Source: Candidatus Caldarchaeales archaeon
GTDB taxonomy: Archaea > Thermoproteota > Nitrososphaeria_A > Caldarchaeales > Calditenuaceae
NCBI GenBank assembly: GCA_032249095.1
Contig: JAVVGN010000011.1
Location: 6,434-38,433 of the forward strand
DNA length: 32,000 nucleotides
Reading direction: 5' to 3'
Position numbers and translations under genes: made by a program. Each line of letters starts with the position of its first letter. Positions within the stretch are counted from its first letter, which is position 1. Below the pieces are notes generated by a model that was given only the letters and a program-made list of their open reading frames with translations, was not told where the DNA came from and did no database searches. Of this stretch, positions 1-7,020 are shown in pieces.

Positions 1-866
1 TCTGCTGAGCCTGCTAGCGCCCTGAGATCCTTTGGCAGACAGCTCCCACCGAACCCTATCCCAGCGCGGAGGAAGTGTCCCCCGATCCGAGGGTCAAGCC
101 CCAGCCCCCGCGCCACCTCTACCACATCTCCTCCCTCGACGCGCTCGCATATCCTCGCTATCAAGTTGATGAAGCTTATCTTCATCGCGAGGAAAGCGTT
201 CGTCGCCAGCTTCGTCAGCTCAGCATTAACCGTGTTGGTGATTATCGTGGGGATCGCGCGGGGGGCGTATAGTTCTCTGTAAAAATCTTGGAGAACATAT
301 GCAGCCTCCTTCTGCTCAGCACCAATTATTATTCTGTCAGGGTTGGCGGTATCTGCTAAGGCCGACCCCTCCCTCAAAAACTCCGGATTAAAGCACAGGT
401 GGAATCCCTCGCCGCAAGATCTTCCACTTCTCTCCTCAATAAGCGGCCGGACTACCTCCCATGTGGTTAAGGGCGGTACCGTGCTCTTCAGGACAACGAG
501 CGGTTTACCCCCTCTCCGCCGAGCCAAGGCATCCCCAACGTCCACGGCGGCCCCCCTTACCTGCGAGAGGTCTGGAACACGGTCGGGTCCGACGGGGGTT
601 CCCACCGTGATGAAGAATATATCCACATCCTCCTCGGCTCTGTCGAGCCTTGTCCTGACTTCGAGCGTATGTTCTGAGAGAGTTTTACGGAGAAGCTCCT
701 CAAGCCCCTCCTCGTAGATGGGGGGAGTTCCGCGACAAATCTTCTCAGCCTTCACCTCATCCTTCTCCACACAGATCGTCTTAACGCCGCGAGATGCTAG
801 AAATGTGCTGAGGGTGAGGCCCACGTAGCCTGCGCCTATGACGGCCACAGCCTTAGCCCTACCCAA
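1..866 (-). CDS. ugd: UDP-glucose 6-dehydrogenase family protein, N-terminal part only (3' end runs off the window start)
   Basis: It is absent from the ORF track because it is open to the window edge. My reverse-strand translation from TTG 866 reads MGRAKAVAVIGAGYVGLTLS (Rossmann GxGYVG). It runs without stops to ...GIGFGGSCLPKD near position 1 (catalytic-Cys block of the UDPGDH family). The + strand ORFs 75..272 and 343..717 are low-complexity antisense artefacts. Confidence 0.85.
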   Translation of the reverse strand, partial: MGRAKAVAVIGAGYVGLTLSTFLASRGVKTICVEKDEVKAEKICRGTPPIYEEGLEELLRKTLSEHTLEVRTRLDRAEEDVDIFFITVGTPVGPDRVPDLSQVRGAAVDVGDALARRRGGKPLVVLKSTVPPLTTWEVVRPLIEERSGRSCGEGFHLCFNPEFLREGSALADTANPDRIIIGAEQKEAAYVLQDFYRELYAPRAIPTIITNTVNAELTKLATNAFLAMKISFINLIARICERVEGGDVVEVARGLGLDPRIGGHFLRAGIGFGGSCLPKDLRALAGSA

Positions 867-893
867 CCCTCCTCGTGGATGGGCCGGCCTCTG

Positions 894-1778
894 TCAGCTT
901 TTAGTGTTATTCTGTGACTTCGTTGAGAGTTCGTAGGAGATCTTGAGAGCCTCCCAGTAGAGCTGTGGAGACCCTACATCTAGCTTCGCATAGTCGCCGA
1001 GTTTCAAAGCCAGCACCTTATACCCCCACTCTATCAGCCTCTGTATCCCGTCGGTTAGCTGTATCTCGCCCCCCACGCCCGGCCCGACCGTCTTGAGAGC
1101 CCTAAATATCGACGCATTAAAAATGTATAGGGGCACTATCGACAGGTTCGAGGGAGGAGTTTCCGGCTTCTCTAACACTTGGACGACTTTCAGAAACTCG
1201 CCGCGACCCTCGACAATGGCGACGCCGTATTGCTTCGGGTTCTCGACCTCCTGAAGCAATAGGAGAGCATCCGGAGACTCCTTCTCGAAACATCTATACA
1301 TCCTCTCGACGACCCTCTGGCCATCCACTATGTATGTGTCCCCCGCGTGGACAAGGAAAGCTGACTCGCCGACCGACCTCTCACATAGTAGCACGGCGTG
1401 GCCGAAGCCTAGGGGGTGGGGCTGATTTATCCAGACCATAATGGAGCTGCTCAGCTTCCTGTAAAATTCTTCGAAGTCCCACAGCAGGGGTGAGCCATGA
1501 TTTCTCATCAGCTCGAGGTAGCCGTAGTCGGGTGTAAAGTGGTCCTCAACCGCCCTCTTCCCCCGGCCGACCACGAATATGAATTCCCTTAAACCAACCT
1601 CGTAGAGCTGCTCAAAAATGAGTTGAAGTATCGGCTTGACGCATAGAGAGTTTCTCGCAGTCCTAGAAAAGATGGGGAGCATCTCTTTAGGCTGCTCCTT
1701 GGTGGCTGGCAACATCCTAGTCCCCAGCCCCGCAATAGGCAGGACAGCTTTTAGGTCGCCGATATCCTTTCCCGTCAT
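894..1778 (-). CDS. sugar-1-phosphate nucleotidyltransferase (UTP-glucose-1-phosphate uridylyltransferase-like)
   Basis: 294-aa ORF. The N-terminal LPIAGLGTRMLPATKEQPKEMLPI matches the GxGTRxLPxTK signature of GalU/RmlA-type nucleotidyltransferases. Its stop is 27 nt upstream of the ugd start on the same strand. Confidence 0.85.
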   Translation of the reverse strand: MTGKDIGDLKAVLPIAGLGTRMLPATKEQPKEMLPIFSRTARNSLCVKPILQLIFEQLYEVGLREFIFVVGRGKRAVEDHFTPDYGYLELMRNHGSPLLWDFEEFYRKLSSSIMVWINQPHPLGFGHAVLLCERSVGESAFLVHAGDTYIVDGQRVVERMYRCFEKESPDALLLLQEVENPKQYGVAIVEGRGEFLKVVQVLEKPETPPSNLSIVPLYIFNASIFRALKTVGPGVGGEIQLTDGIQRLIEWGYKVLALKLGDYAKLDVGSPQLYWEALKISYELSTKSQNNTKS

Positions 1779-1849
1779 GCTGATTCAATCTACTGGGGAG
1801 AAGTCTACTAAGATAGGTCTTTCGCTATATTTTTCGTAGGAGCAGGACT

Positions 1850-2128
1850 GTGAATGCAGCGATTCCTGCGGTCCCGGCCATGATTCTGGCCAGCTCCGCC
1901 CTCGGCTTCCTAGCCATGAGGATAGATAAGGCCCAGGCCGCTAGGGAGGGTTGGAGGCTGAGCGAGAGGAGCATCCTCTGGTACTCGGTGACGGGCGGAG
2001 GACCCGGAGTAATCTCGGCGGCCCTTATCTATAGGCATAAGACGCTCCACAAGGCTCTCCTCGTACAGGCCGCTCTAGCGACCGTTCTCGTCTACTCCGT
2101 GGCTATTGCTGGCTTCTCTACCATCTGA
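1850..2128 (+). CDS. small membrane protein, DUF1294-like
   Basis: 92 aa and hydrophobic. WRLSERSILWYSVTGGGPGVISAALIYRHKT resembles the conserved core of DUF1294 proteins. It is divergent from the nucleotidyltransferase gene. Confidence 0.6.
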   Translation: MNAAIPAVPAMILASSALGFLAMRIDKAQAAREGWRLSERSILWYSVTGGGPGVISAALIYRHKTLHKALLVQAALATVLVYSVAIAGFSTI

Positions 2129-2272
2129 GACCCTTTTCCTCCTGCTATATTTCCTCGGGCCCCACCTGAGGGTGTGGCCGCACCTCGGGCACCTCGCCCC
2201 GGCATCGCGTATCCACCCGCAGCAGTGGCCGCAGTACCTCTGCCCCTAGAGTATCTTGGGGGAGTGGGCATG

Positions 2273-2617
2273 CTACTCCTCCCTCATCGATTCCGGAGCA
2301 CCCTCCCCCAGAGCTTCCCTCACAGCTCTGGTGAATGCCTTGAGGCCGTCCATCTTGAGCCTGAACCTCCTCTCCCTCCCGTCGACCGTCAGGACGCTCA
2401 CGGTGGCGACCTCCTCATACCTCCATGGGATGTTGTAGGATCCCAGGACCGTCGCCTCCGTCGCGGTCGTGTAGTCTATATCCCTGACGGCTCTCCAGGG
2501 AATATACTCGGCCCCCACGACCAGCCCGTGCCTAGGACCTCTACCCACTTCCCGGTCAATCCGTTGTGGAAGAACCCCAGGTAGAGTCCTCCGGCTATCG
2601 TCAATGCTTGTAGGCAA
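2273..2617 (-). CDS. hypothetical protein (114 aa)
   Basis: Its composition is more protein-like than the overlapping P/R-rich + strand ORF 2174..2584. I recognised no motif. An in-frame zinc-ribbon-like segment follows after two TAG codons (see findings). Confidence 0.45.
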   Translation of the reverse strand: MPTSIDDSRRTLPGVLPQRIDREVGRGPRHGLVVGAEYIPWRAVRDIDYTTATEATVLGSYNIPWRYEEVATVSVLTVDGRERRFRLKMDGLKAFTRAVREALGEGAPESMREE

Positions 2618-2665
2618 CGCGTCTATTATGATTTACTGTAGGATATGATCCTGTCGAGGGGTGGT

Positions 2666-2869
2666 CTAAAGTATACATGGATTTCTCAGCCTATCAGTTA
2701 TTGCTCCAGAAGCTGTCCTCAGTGCGTATCCAATGAACTCGGCGGCGCCCGTAAGCCCACCAATAATTACTGCGCTAGCACCAAGTAAGCCCAAGTATGG
2801 CCCTATGACGCCTCGGGCTCCCCCATATGTTACAACGCCAAAAAGACTAACAATTCCCATAAGCAACAC
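2666..2869 (-). pseudogene. stub of an MFS-type transporter gene (about 67 codons only)
   Basis: SLFGVVTYGGARGVIGPYLGLLGASAVIIGGLTGAAEFIGYALRTASGAITDR looks like the TM1-TM2 region of an archaeal MFS transporter family. There are stops immediately upstream, and only 48 nt remain before the next gene, so most of a roughly 400-aa protein is missing. Confidence 0.4.
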
Positions 2870-2961
2870 GAAACTTCAAAGCCAGTCTCTTTACATCCGT
2901 GCTCAACTTCGTCTTCAATAAACGCAGGCAACTCTTAACCATTAGGAAGAAATGTGTAGCC

Positions 2962-3528
2962 TTATCTCGAATAAATTCCTGTGAGGCGTGCTTCCGCTAT
3001 TACGTGTCCTTTGATCGAGTTTAGTAGCTCTTGCCTACTCATTCTGGGCTTTAGATCTAATACTTCGTCCAGAGCATACATCTTAAAGACGTATCTATGA
3101 GGCTTTCCAGGCGGTGGGCAAGGGCCGCCATATCCTACCCTACCAAAATCGTTAACTCCCTGCAAAGCGCCGCTCGGCAATTCATCCACCTTTTCAACCA
3201 CTTCCTCCAGCCTGTTTATGTTTGCTGGAAGATTATAGAGTAGCCAGTGTGTAAAGATGCCGCCCGGCGCGTCAATGTCCTCCACTATCAGTACAAAGCT
3301 CTCCGTTGTTAGTGGATAATCACTCCAGTGGAGAGGAGGCGAGATATCTAGGCCATCGCAGGTATACTTCGCAGGAATTACTCCACCATCACTAAACGTC
3401 TCACTACCTAGTTTAAATGATACTGCGGTCGTCTTCTCTGAGTAAGTGATCATTGGAGCGAGGTAAAGCGCTAAAGCAGCCAATCCCACAATCATCACTA
3501 CGACTATAATTATTATGAGCCTCCGCAT
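2962..3528 (-). CDS. PEBP (YbhB/YbcL) family protein with N-terminal membrane anchor
   Basis: DISPPLHWS, DIDAPGGIFTHW and GYGGPCPPPGKPHRYVFKMYALD are the PEBP family blocks. RRLIIIIVVVMIVGLAALALYLAP is a TM anchor. I start it at ATG 3528, because the first 30 codons of track ORF 2962..3618 are read out of the IS terminal repeat. A sampled line is about 42% GC, well below the core. Confidence 0.85.
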   Translation of the reverse strand: MRRLIIIIVVVMIVGLAALALYLAPMITYSEKTTAVSFKLGSETFSDGGVIPAKYTCDGLDISPPLHWSDYPLTTESFVLIVEDIDAPGGIFTHWLLYNLPANINRLEEVVEKVDELPSGALQGVNDFGRVGYGGPCPPPGKPHRYVFKMYALDEVLDLKPRMSRQELLNSIKGHVIAEARLTGIYSR

Positions 3529-3588
3529 TCGCCTGCTACGTAAACTAAATACCGAGAGGAAAGATATAACATTTTTTATCAAGGTCCA

Positions 3589-4301
3589 GATAGTGTCCAA
3601 ATAAGCATTTTTGCTCACCTCCCCCTCGCAGCCTGATAGTATAGTGTGAATAGGTTTAGGAATAGCTTGAGGTTCGTGATTCCCTGTACGTGGTTTCTCG
3701 CGCTCATCTTATGGTGGAATACTACAGTTCTCTCCTTCAGGTATCTGAAGAATCTCTCTACCCTGTTCCTCATGCCGAACCTCTCATGCCTATACTCTAG
3801 GCCAAGCCTCTCAAATGCCCACCTATACCATGGGCCTTTATCAACCAATACCAACGGCTTGTTTGTACACATCTTTAATGCTTTCTTCAGGAATGCTAGG
3901 GCATTCAGGCAGCTCCTACCATAAGACGCCTCCAGAACCAATAATTCCCTAGAATCAACGTCTACAGCAGACCAAACATATACGTGGACTCCTTTAACTG
4001 ATAGCTTGGTCTCATCAACAGCTATACACCTCCTACACCTAGGCTCCTTAGCAACCCTGATCTCAGATACCTTCTTGGCGAGGTAGTGGACGGCAGACTT
4101 GCTTATAGGCCCCAAACCATGCTAAGGACCCTAGAGACCTTCCTACAGCTACCATGGAACATGTAGTCCAACACTGCTAGGACCTTAACCTCCCTACTTT
4201 TTTATTACGCATAAAACAGCCCGAAACTAGGGCCACAACATCCATAGCATACAAGACACATCAACCGGCCTTTAAATATAACGCCTTATTTGGACACTAT
4301 C
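3589..4301 (-). mobile_element. IS6-family-like insertion sequence, copy 1 (713 bp)
   Basis: The 17-nt terminal inverted repeat GATAGTGTCCAAATAAG lies at 3589-3605, with its reverse complement at 4285-4301. The element encloses one DDE transposase ORF. Size and single-ORF layout fit IS6. Confidence 0.8.
3615..4115 (-). CDS. DDE transposase (IS6-like), N-terminally frameshifted relative to copy 2
   Basis: CIAVDETKLSVKG ... LVLVDKGPWY ... NRVERFFRYLKERT are D, D, E blocks as in IS6-family transposases. The first ~20 codons seen in copy 2 (MLDYMFHGSC..., GTG at 4174 here) are in another frame because of a 1-nt difference near 4110-4120. Confidence 0.75.
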   Translation of the reverse strand: MGPISKSAVHYLAKKVSEIRVAKEPRCRRCIAVDETKLSVKGVHVYVWSAVDVDSRELLVLEASYGRSCLNALAFLKKALKMCTNKPLVLVDKGPWYRWAFERLGLEYRHERFGMRNRVERFFRYLKERTVVFHHKMSARNHVQGITNLKLFLNLFTLYYQAARGR

Positions 4302-4520
4302 CATGCGAAGAGACCCTTACATAAATCACAGCTTTCCTTGAGACATCAGGCTTGACGAATCCCATTAACGCTCAACCTCGCTCTAAGGTATCCTCCTCTT
4401 ACCACCAACAGTTCTGACAACACTTATCTTCCCTTCCCTATCCCACTTCCTAAGCGTATTGGGATGAACCCCCAAACCTCCTCAGGCCTCTCGGAGAGTC
4501 AACAGCTTTTCAGACACCAT
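4302..4520 (-). pseudogene. IS607-type serine recombinase (TnpA) N-terminal remnant, decayed and truncated by the IS
   Basis: The reverse-strand reading is [49 protein letters not shown]. After a 1-nt shift it continues LMGFVKPDVSRKAVIYVRVSSH. This is a MerR/excisionase-type HTH followed by the YxRVSS catalytic-serine box, ending exactly at the IS terminus. Confidence 0.7.
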
Positions 4521-4570
4521 GTAAATAAAGTTAAGAAAAGTTATATTCAGAAACTGCTGATGAACCCTAG

Positions 4571-4921
4571 ATGGGAGAGACCCGCGTGAAGTTTAGGGTC
4601 TACAGCGGCGAACGCTTCACAGAGCTAGAGGGGCTTGTAGATACAGGAGCCACCTTCACGAAGATCCCGAGGTCTGCAGCCTCCAAGATAGGGCTTCAAG
4701 CCAAATACGAGGCCGAGATCATGCTAGGAGATGGAAGAACCCTGAAAAGAGGTCTCGCGCTGGGAGAGGTTGAGGTAGAAGGCGTCAAGAGACCTATCCT
4801 CATAGCAATCGGGGGAGATGAAGAAACACCCATAATCGGATACACCACCCTCGAAGTTTTAGGCTTCAAAGTAAACCCACTGACTGGAAAGCTTGAAAGG
4901 ACACCAGCAATAGAACTTTAA
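4571..4921 (+). CDS. retropepsin-like (clan AA) aspartic protease
   Basis: 116 aa. LVDTGATFTKIP carries the D-T-G-A active-site motif. Size and layout match the small archaeal AF_0612-type proteases. The TATA-like AAAGTTATATT lies about 25 nt upstream. Confidence 0.7.
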   Translation: MGETRVKFRVYSGERFTELEGLVDTGATFTKIPRSAASKIGLQAKYEAEIMLGDGRTLKRGLALGEVEVEGVKRPILIAIGGDEETPIIGYTTLEVLGFKVNPLTGKLERTPAIEL

Positions 4922-5005
4922 AGCGGCAGAACACTGAAACATTCTTTGGATTTGTTAAGGTTATTACAGTGTAGTCGATAGCAGATGCTGTGGAGGGCTT
5001 GGTAT

Positions 5006-5048
5006 GTTTGACACTCTCCACGGCTGAAGCCGGGAGATTCTCGGTTTG
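5006..5048 (-). repeat. hairpin motif copy A (IS200/605-607 right-end / omega-RNA-like)
   Basis: The reverse strand reads CCGAGAATCTCCCGGCTTCAGCCGTGGAGAGTGTC. The stem is CTCC-CGGC / GCCG-(T)GGAG at 5016-5036. It is homologous to copy C, with compensatory stem changes (CGGC/GCCG versus CGAC/GTCG). Confidence 0.55.
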
Positions 5049-5242
5049 TCGGCCCGAGGCTTCATCCTACCGAGTTCTGGGCTGTGTCAAACCAGCCCCT
5101 AGATACGGCATGTAGCCGTATCCCCGCTTTGCTGGAGCCACCCCTCCCTTCTCGGCTCGGAGCCTTATTCCAGCCTTTGGACATCCGAGCCACATCCGAG
5201 CGACACGCTCAACATGAAATCATCCTAAGCTACATTTAAGCC

Positions 5243-5290
5243 TATCGACAATTCATCCCACGATTAAAAACCTTAGGCTTTCTTGTCGAT
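5243..5290 (-). repeat. hairpin motif copy B (degenerate)
   Basis: The reverse strand reads ATCGACAAGAAAGCCTAAGGTTTTTAATCGTGGGATGAATTGTCG. It aligns with copy C at TCGNCNAGAAAGC ... TCGTGG.ATGA..GTCG, but the 5' stem arm is not conserved. Confidence 0.35.
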
Positions 5291-5380
5291 TTTGGTAAGG
5301 GTGGCCTAAGTCTCCGTGAATGCCTTGGAGAGCTTATTGAAGAAAGAGTGTTGATGCGGGCCTCGCGATCCTTGAAAAGC

Positions 5381-5390
5381 TTTATAAATA
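5381..5390 (+). promoter_or_regulatory. TATA box of the acylphosphatase-repeat gene
   Basis: TTTATAAATA is preceded by the purine-rich GAAAAGC (BRE-like). It ends 19 nt before TTG 5409, which is leaderless-type spacing. Confidence 0.5.
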
Positions 5391-5408
5391 GATAGAGCGT
5401 GTTGATGC

Positions 5409-6017
5409 TTGACTTTGAGGGCTGTCCTCGTGAGGATTTACGGCAGGATTCAGAGGGTCGGCTACAGGAGGTTCGTGCTAGACACTGCTCAGGAGCTCGG
5501 CCTCACGGGCTACGTCAAGAACGAGAAGGACGGCTCCGTAACCGTCTTCACTCAGGGAGATGATGCGGTCGTTGAGAAATTCATTGAGTTGTTAAAGTCA
5601 CCCCCACAACCAGCACATGTCAGATCAGTAGACGTTAAAGACGCAAGACCCAGGCCAGCCCTGAAATACTTCGCGATCAAGCCATCACCACTACACGAAG
5701 AGCTACAGGAGGGTTTCGGAGCGATGCAGACAATCTTCACGGACTACTGGGGAGAATTCAGGAATTTTGTAGGAGAATTCAGAGACTACAGACAAGAATT
5801 TAGAGACTACAGACAAGAGTTCAGGGACTTCAGACAAGAGTTCAAAGACTACAGGGAAGAGTTCAGAGACTTTAGAGATGAATCGCTTAAGATAAGTAAA
5901 GAGATACTGGATGAGGTTAAGGGCGTGAGGAGAGACCTCCAGACAATCCTCGACGAAAGGCTGGCTAGGATGGAGAGGGATATAGCGGAGATCAAGGCAA
6001 AGATTGGGCTAACATAA
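5409..6017 (+). CDS. acylphosphatase-like domain fused to a heptad-repeat / coiled-coil C-terminal region
   Basis: The N-terminal ~90 aa (VRIYGRIQRVGYRRFV...GLTGYVKNEKDGSVTV) follows the acylphosphatase VxGxVQGVxFR ... GWVxN...DGxV pattern. The C-terminus has six (E)FR(D/N)(Y/F)(R/V)(Q/G/E) heptads, then a charged helical tail. Confidence 0.75.
   Translation: MTLRAVLVRIYGRIQRVGYRRFVLDTAQELGLTGYVKNEKDGSVTVFTQGDDAVVEKFIELLKSPPQPAHVRSVDVKDARPRPALKYFAIKPSPLHEELQEGFGAMQTIFTDYWGEFRNFVGEFRDYRQEFRDYRQEFRDFRQEFKDYREEFRDFRDESLKISKEILDEVKGVRRDLQTILDERLARMERDIAEIKAKIGLT
5754..5879 (+). repeat. 6 x 21-bp in-frame tandem repeat (GA(A/G)TT(C/T)AGAGACTACAGACAA-like)
   Basis: Units start at 5754, 5775, 5796, 5817, 5838 and 5859. 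They encode EFRNFVG / EFRDYRQ / EFRDYRQ / EFRDFRQ / EFKDYRE / EFRDFRD. Confidence 0.9.
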
Positions 6018-6373
6018 AGAGACTGCCCAACCAGCTTATCCACAATAAGTACAGATCAGCTCTACACACCAAACACATTAAAGATCCAACACTATACGGG
6101 ACTCTGTTAACTATCCGACAACGTGTGGGAAACGAGCATCACCCACATAGACACTCCACTCATAATCAAATCACACACCTATAAACAATTCTAGTAAATT
6201 ACTCCTAACACATTGATTCTCCACTTATACTTTGTTCAGGAAATTATGGAAATTAGATATGGGTATTGATATAGATTAAGAGGCTTAAGTCAAATGCATT
6301 GATTCTAGACGCTGGATGTGCAGGAAGTCTTCTAAGTCATGAGTTAATTGCAAGCTCAAACTTTACCCGAGAT

Positions 6374-6418
6374 TCGGCGAGAAAGCTCCCGACTTTAGTC
6401 GTGGAGATGAGTCGCCGT
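6374..6418 (+). repeat. hairpin motif copy C (IS200/605-607 end-like)
   Basis: The sequence is TCGGCGAGAAAGCTCCCGACTTTAGTCGTGGAGATGAGTCGCC. The stem is CTCC-CGAC / GTCG-(T)GGAG at 6386-6406. It is inverted relative to copies A and B. Confidence 0.55.
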
Positions 6419-6450
6419 AAAGCTTAATAAGGTTTCTGGCTATTAAGACT

Positions 6451-6580
6451 TTGAGCGAGTCGCTCGTGAAGGCTAGGAAGACCATTAAGGCTAAGATTCT
6501 TGAGCTTCGTAGGGGCAAGGAGGAACTACTCAAACGAGAATACGAAAATTTTCAACGCCACCTTCATGGAGACAAATCTG
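6451..6580 (+). pseudogene. possible TnpB (IS605/IS607 OrfB)-like N-terminal stub
   Basis: LSESLVKARKTIKAKILELRRGKEELLKREYENFQRHLHGDKSV has the basic beta-strand plus helix pattern I associate with archaeal TnpB N-termini. It lies 30 nt downstream of hairpin motif C. The reading runs directly into an IS fragment at 6581. Confidence 0.3.
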
Positions 6581-6645
6581 TTCACACTATACTATCAGGC
6601 CGCGAGGACAGGGAGGTGAGCGAAAATGCTTATTTGGACACTATC
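6581..6645 (+). mobile_element. 65-bp 3'-terminal fragment of the IS6-like element (solo end)
   Basis: TTCACACTATACTATCAGGCCGCGAGGAC...GAAAATGCTTATTTGGACACTATC aligns with the last ~65 nt of copies 1 and 2, including the 17-nt terminal repeat. Confidence 0.8.
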
Positions 6646-6681
6646 GATTGAGGGCCACAACCAGTTAAATAACGTTATGGC

Positions 6682-7020
6682 TTGTCTAGGCTCGGTATGG
6701 AGTCGGATGGGTGGGTCGAGCTGGTGGGCTACGTCTCAAACCTAGGCTCCCTACTCGACTTTGAGATTGGCTTGGACGGCGGCTCGCTCAGCATAGGGCT
6801 AGACGGGGCCTCCATAACTGTTGTCAGGCTTTCGGAGGGCTGGGTAATAACCTACGAGAACTACTCTGAGGGGGTCAGGATAAGGGTTTGGAATGGTGAG
6901 GCTGAATACTACCGCGACGGCAGGCCCTGCATGAGGGGTTTAGACTCTGGCGCCCACAGGAGTCCCGACAAGGCGTTAGCCCTGATAGTCGGCCTCGCGG
7001 CGCCCACAGCCGTGTACTAG
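6682..7020 (+). CDS. hypothetical protein
   Basis: 112-aa ORF (alternative ATG at 6697) with core-like GC. It is convergent with uppS, with a 4-nt overlap. I recognised no motif. Confidence 0.45.
   Translation: MSRLGMESDGWVELVGYVSNLGSLLDFEIGLDGGSLSIGLDGASITVVRLSEGWVITYENYSEGVRIRVWNGEAEYYRDGRPCMRGLDSGAHRSPDKALALIVGLAAPTAVY

Noticed and set aside
75-717. + strand ORFs 75..272 and 343..717
   Set aside because: They are low-complexity (P/S/R-rich) and lie antisense to a continuous, motif-bearing UDP-glucose dehydrogenase reading frame on the - strand.
2174-2584. 136-aa + strand ORF rich in P/A/R/G
   Set aside because: It overlaps the more protein-like - strand ORF 2273..2617. Its composition is typical of an antisense frame in GC-rich DNA.
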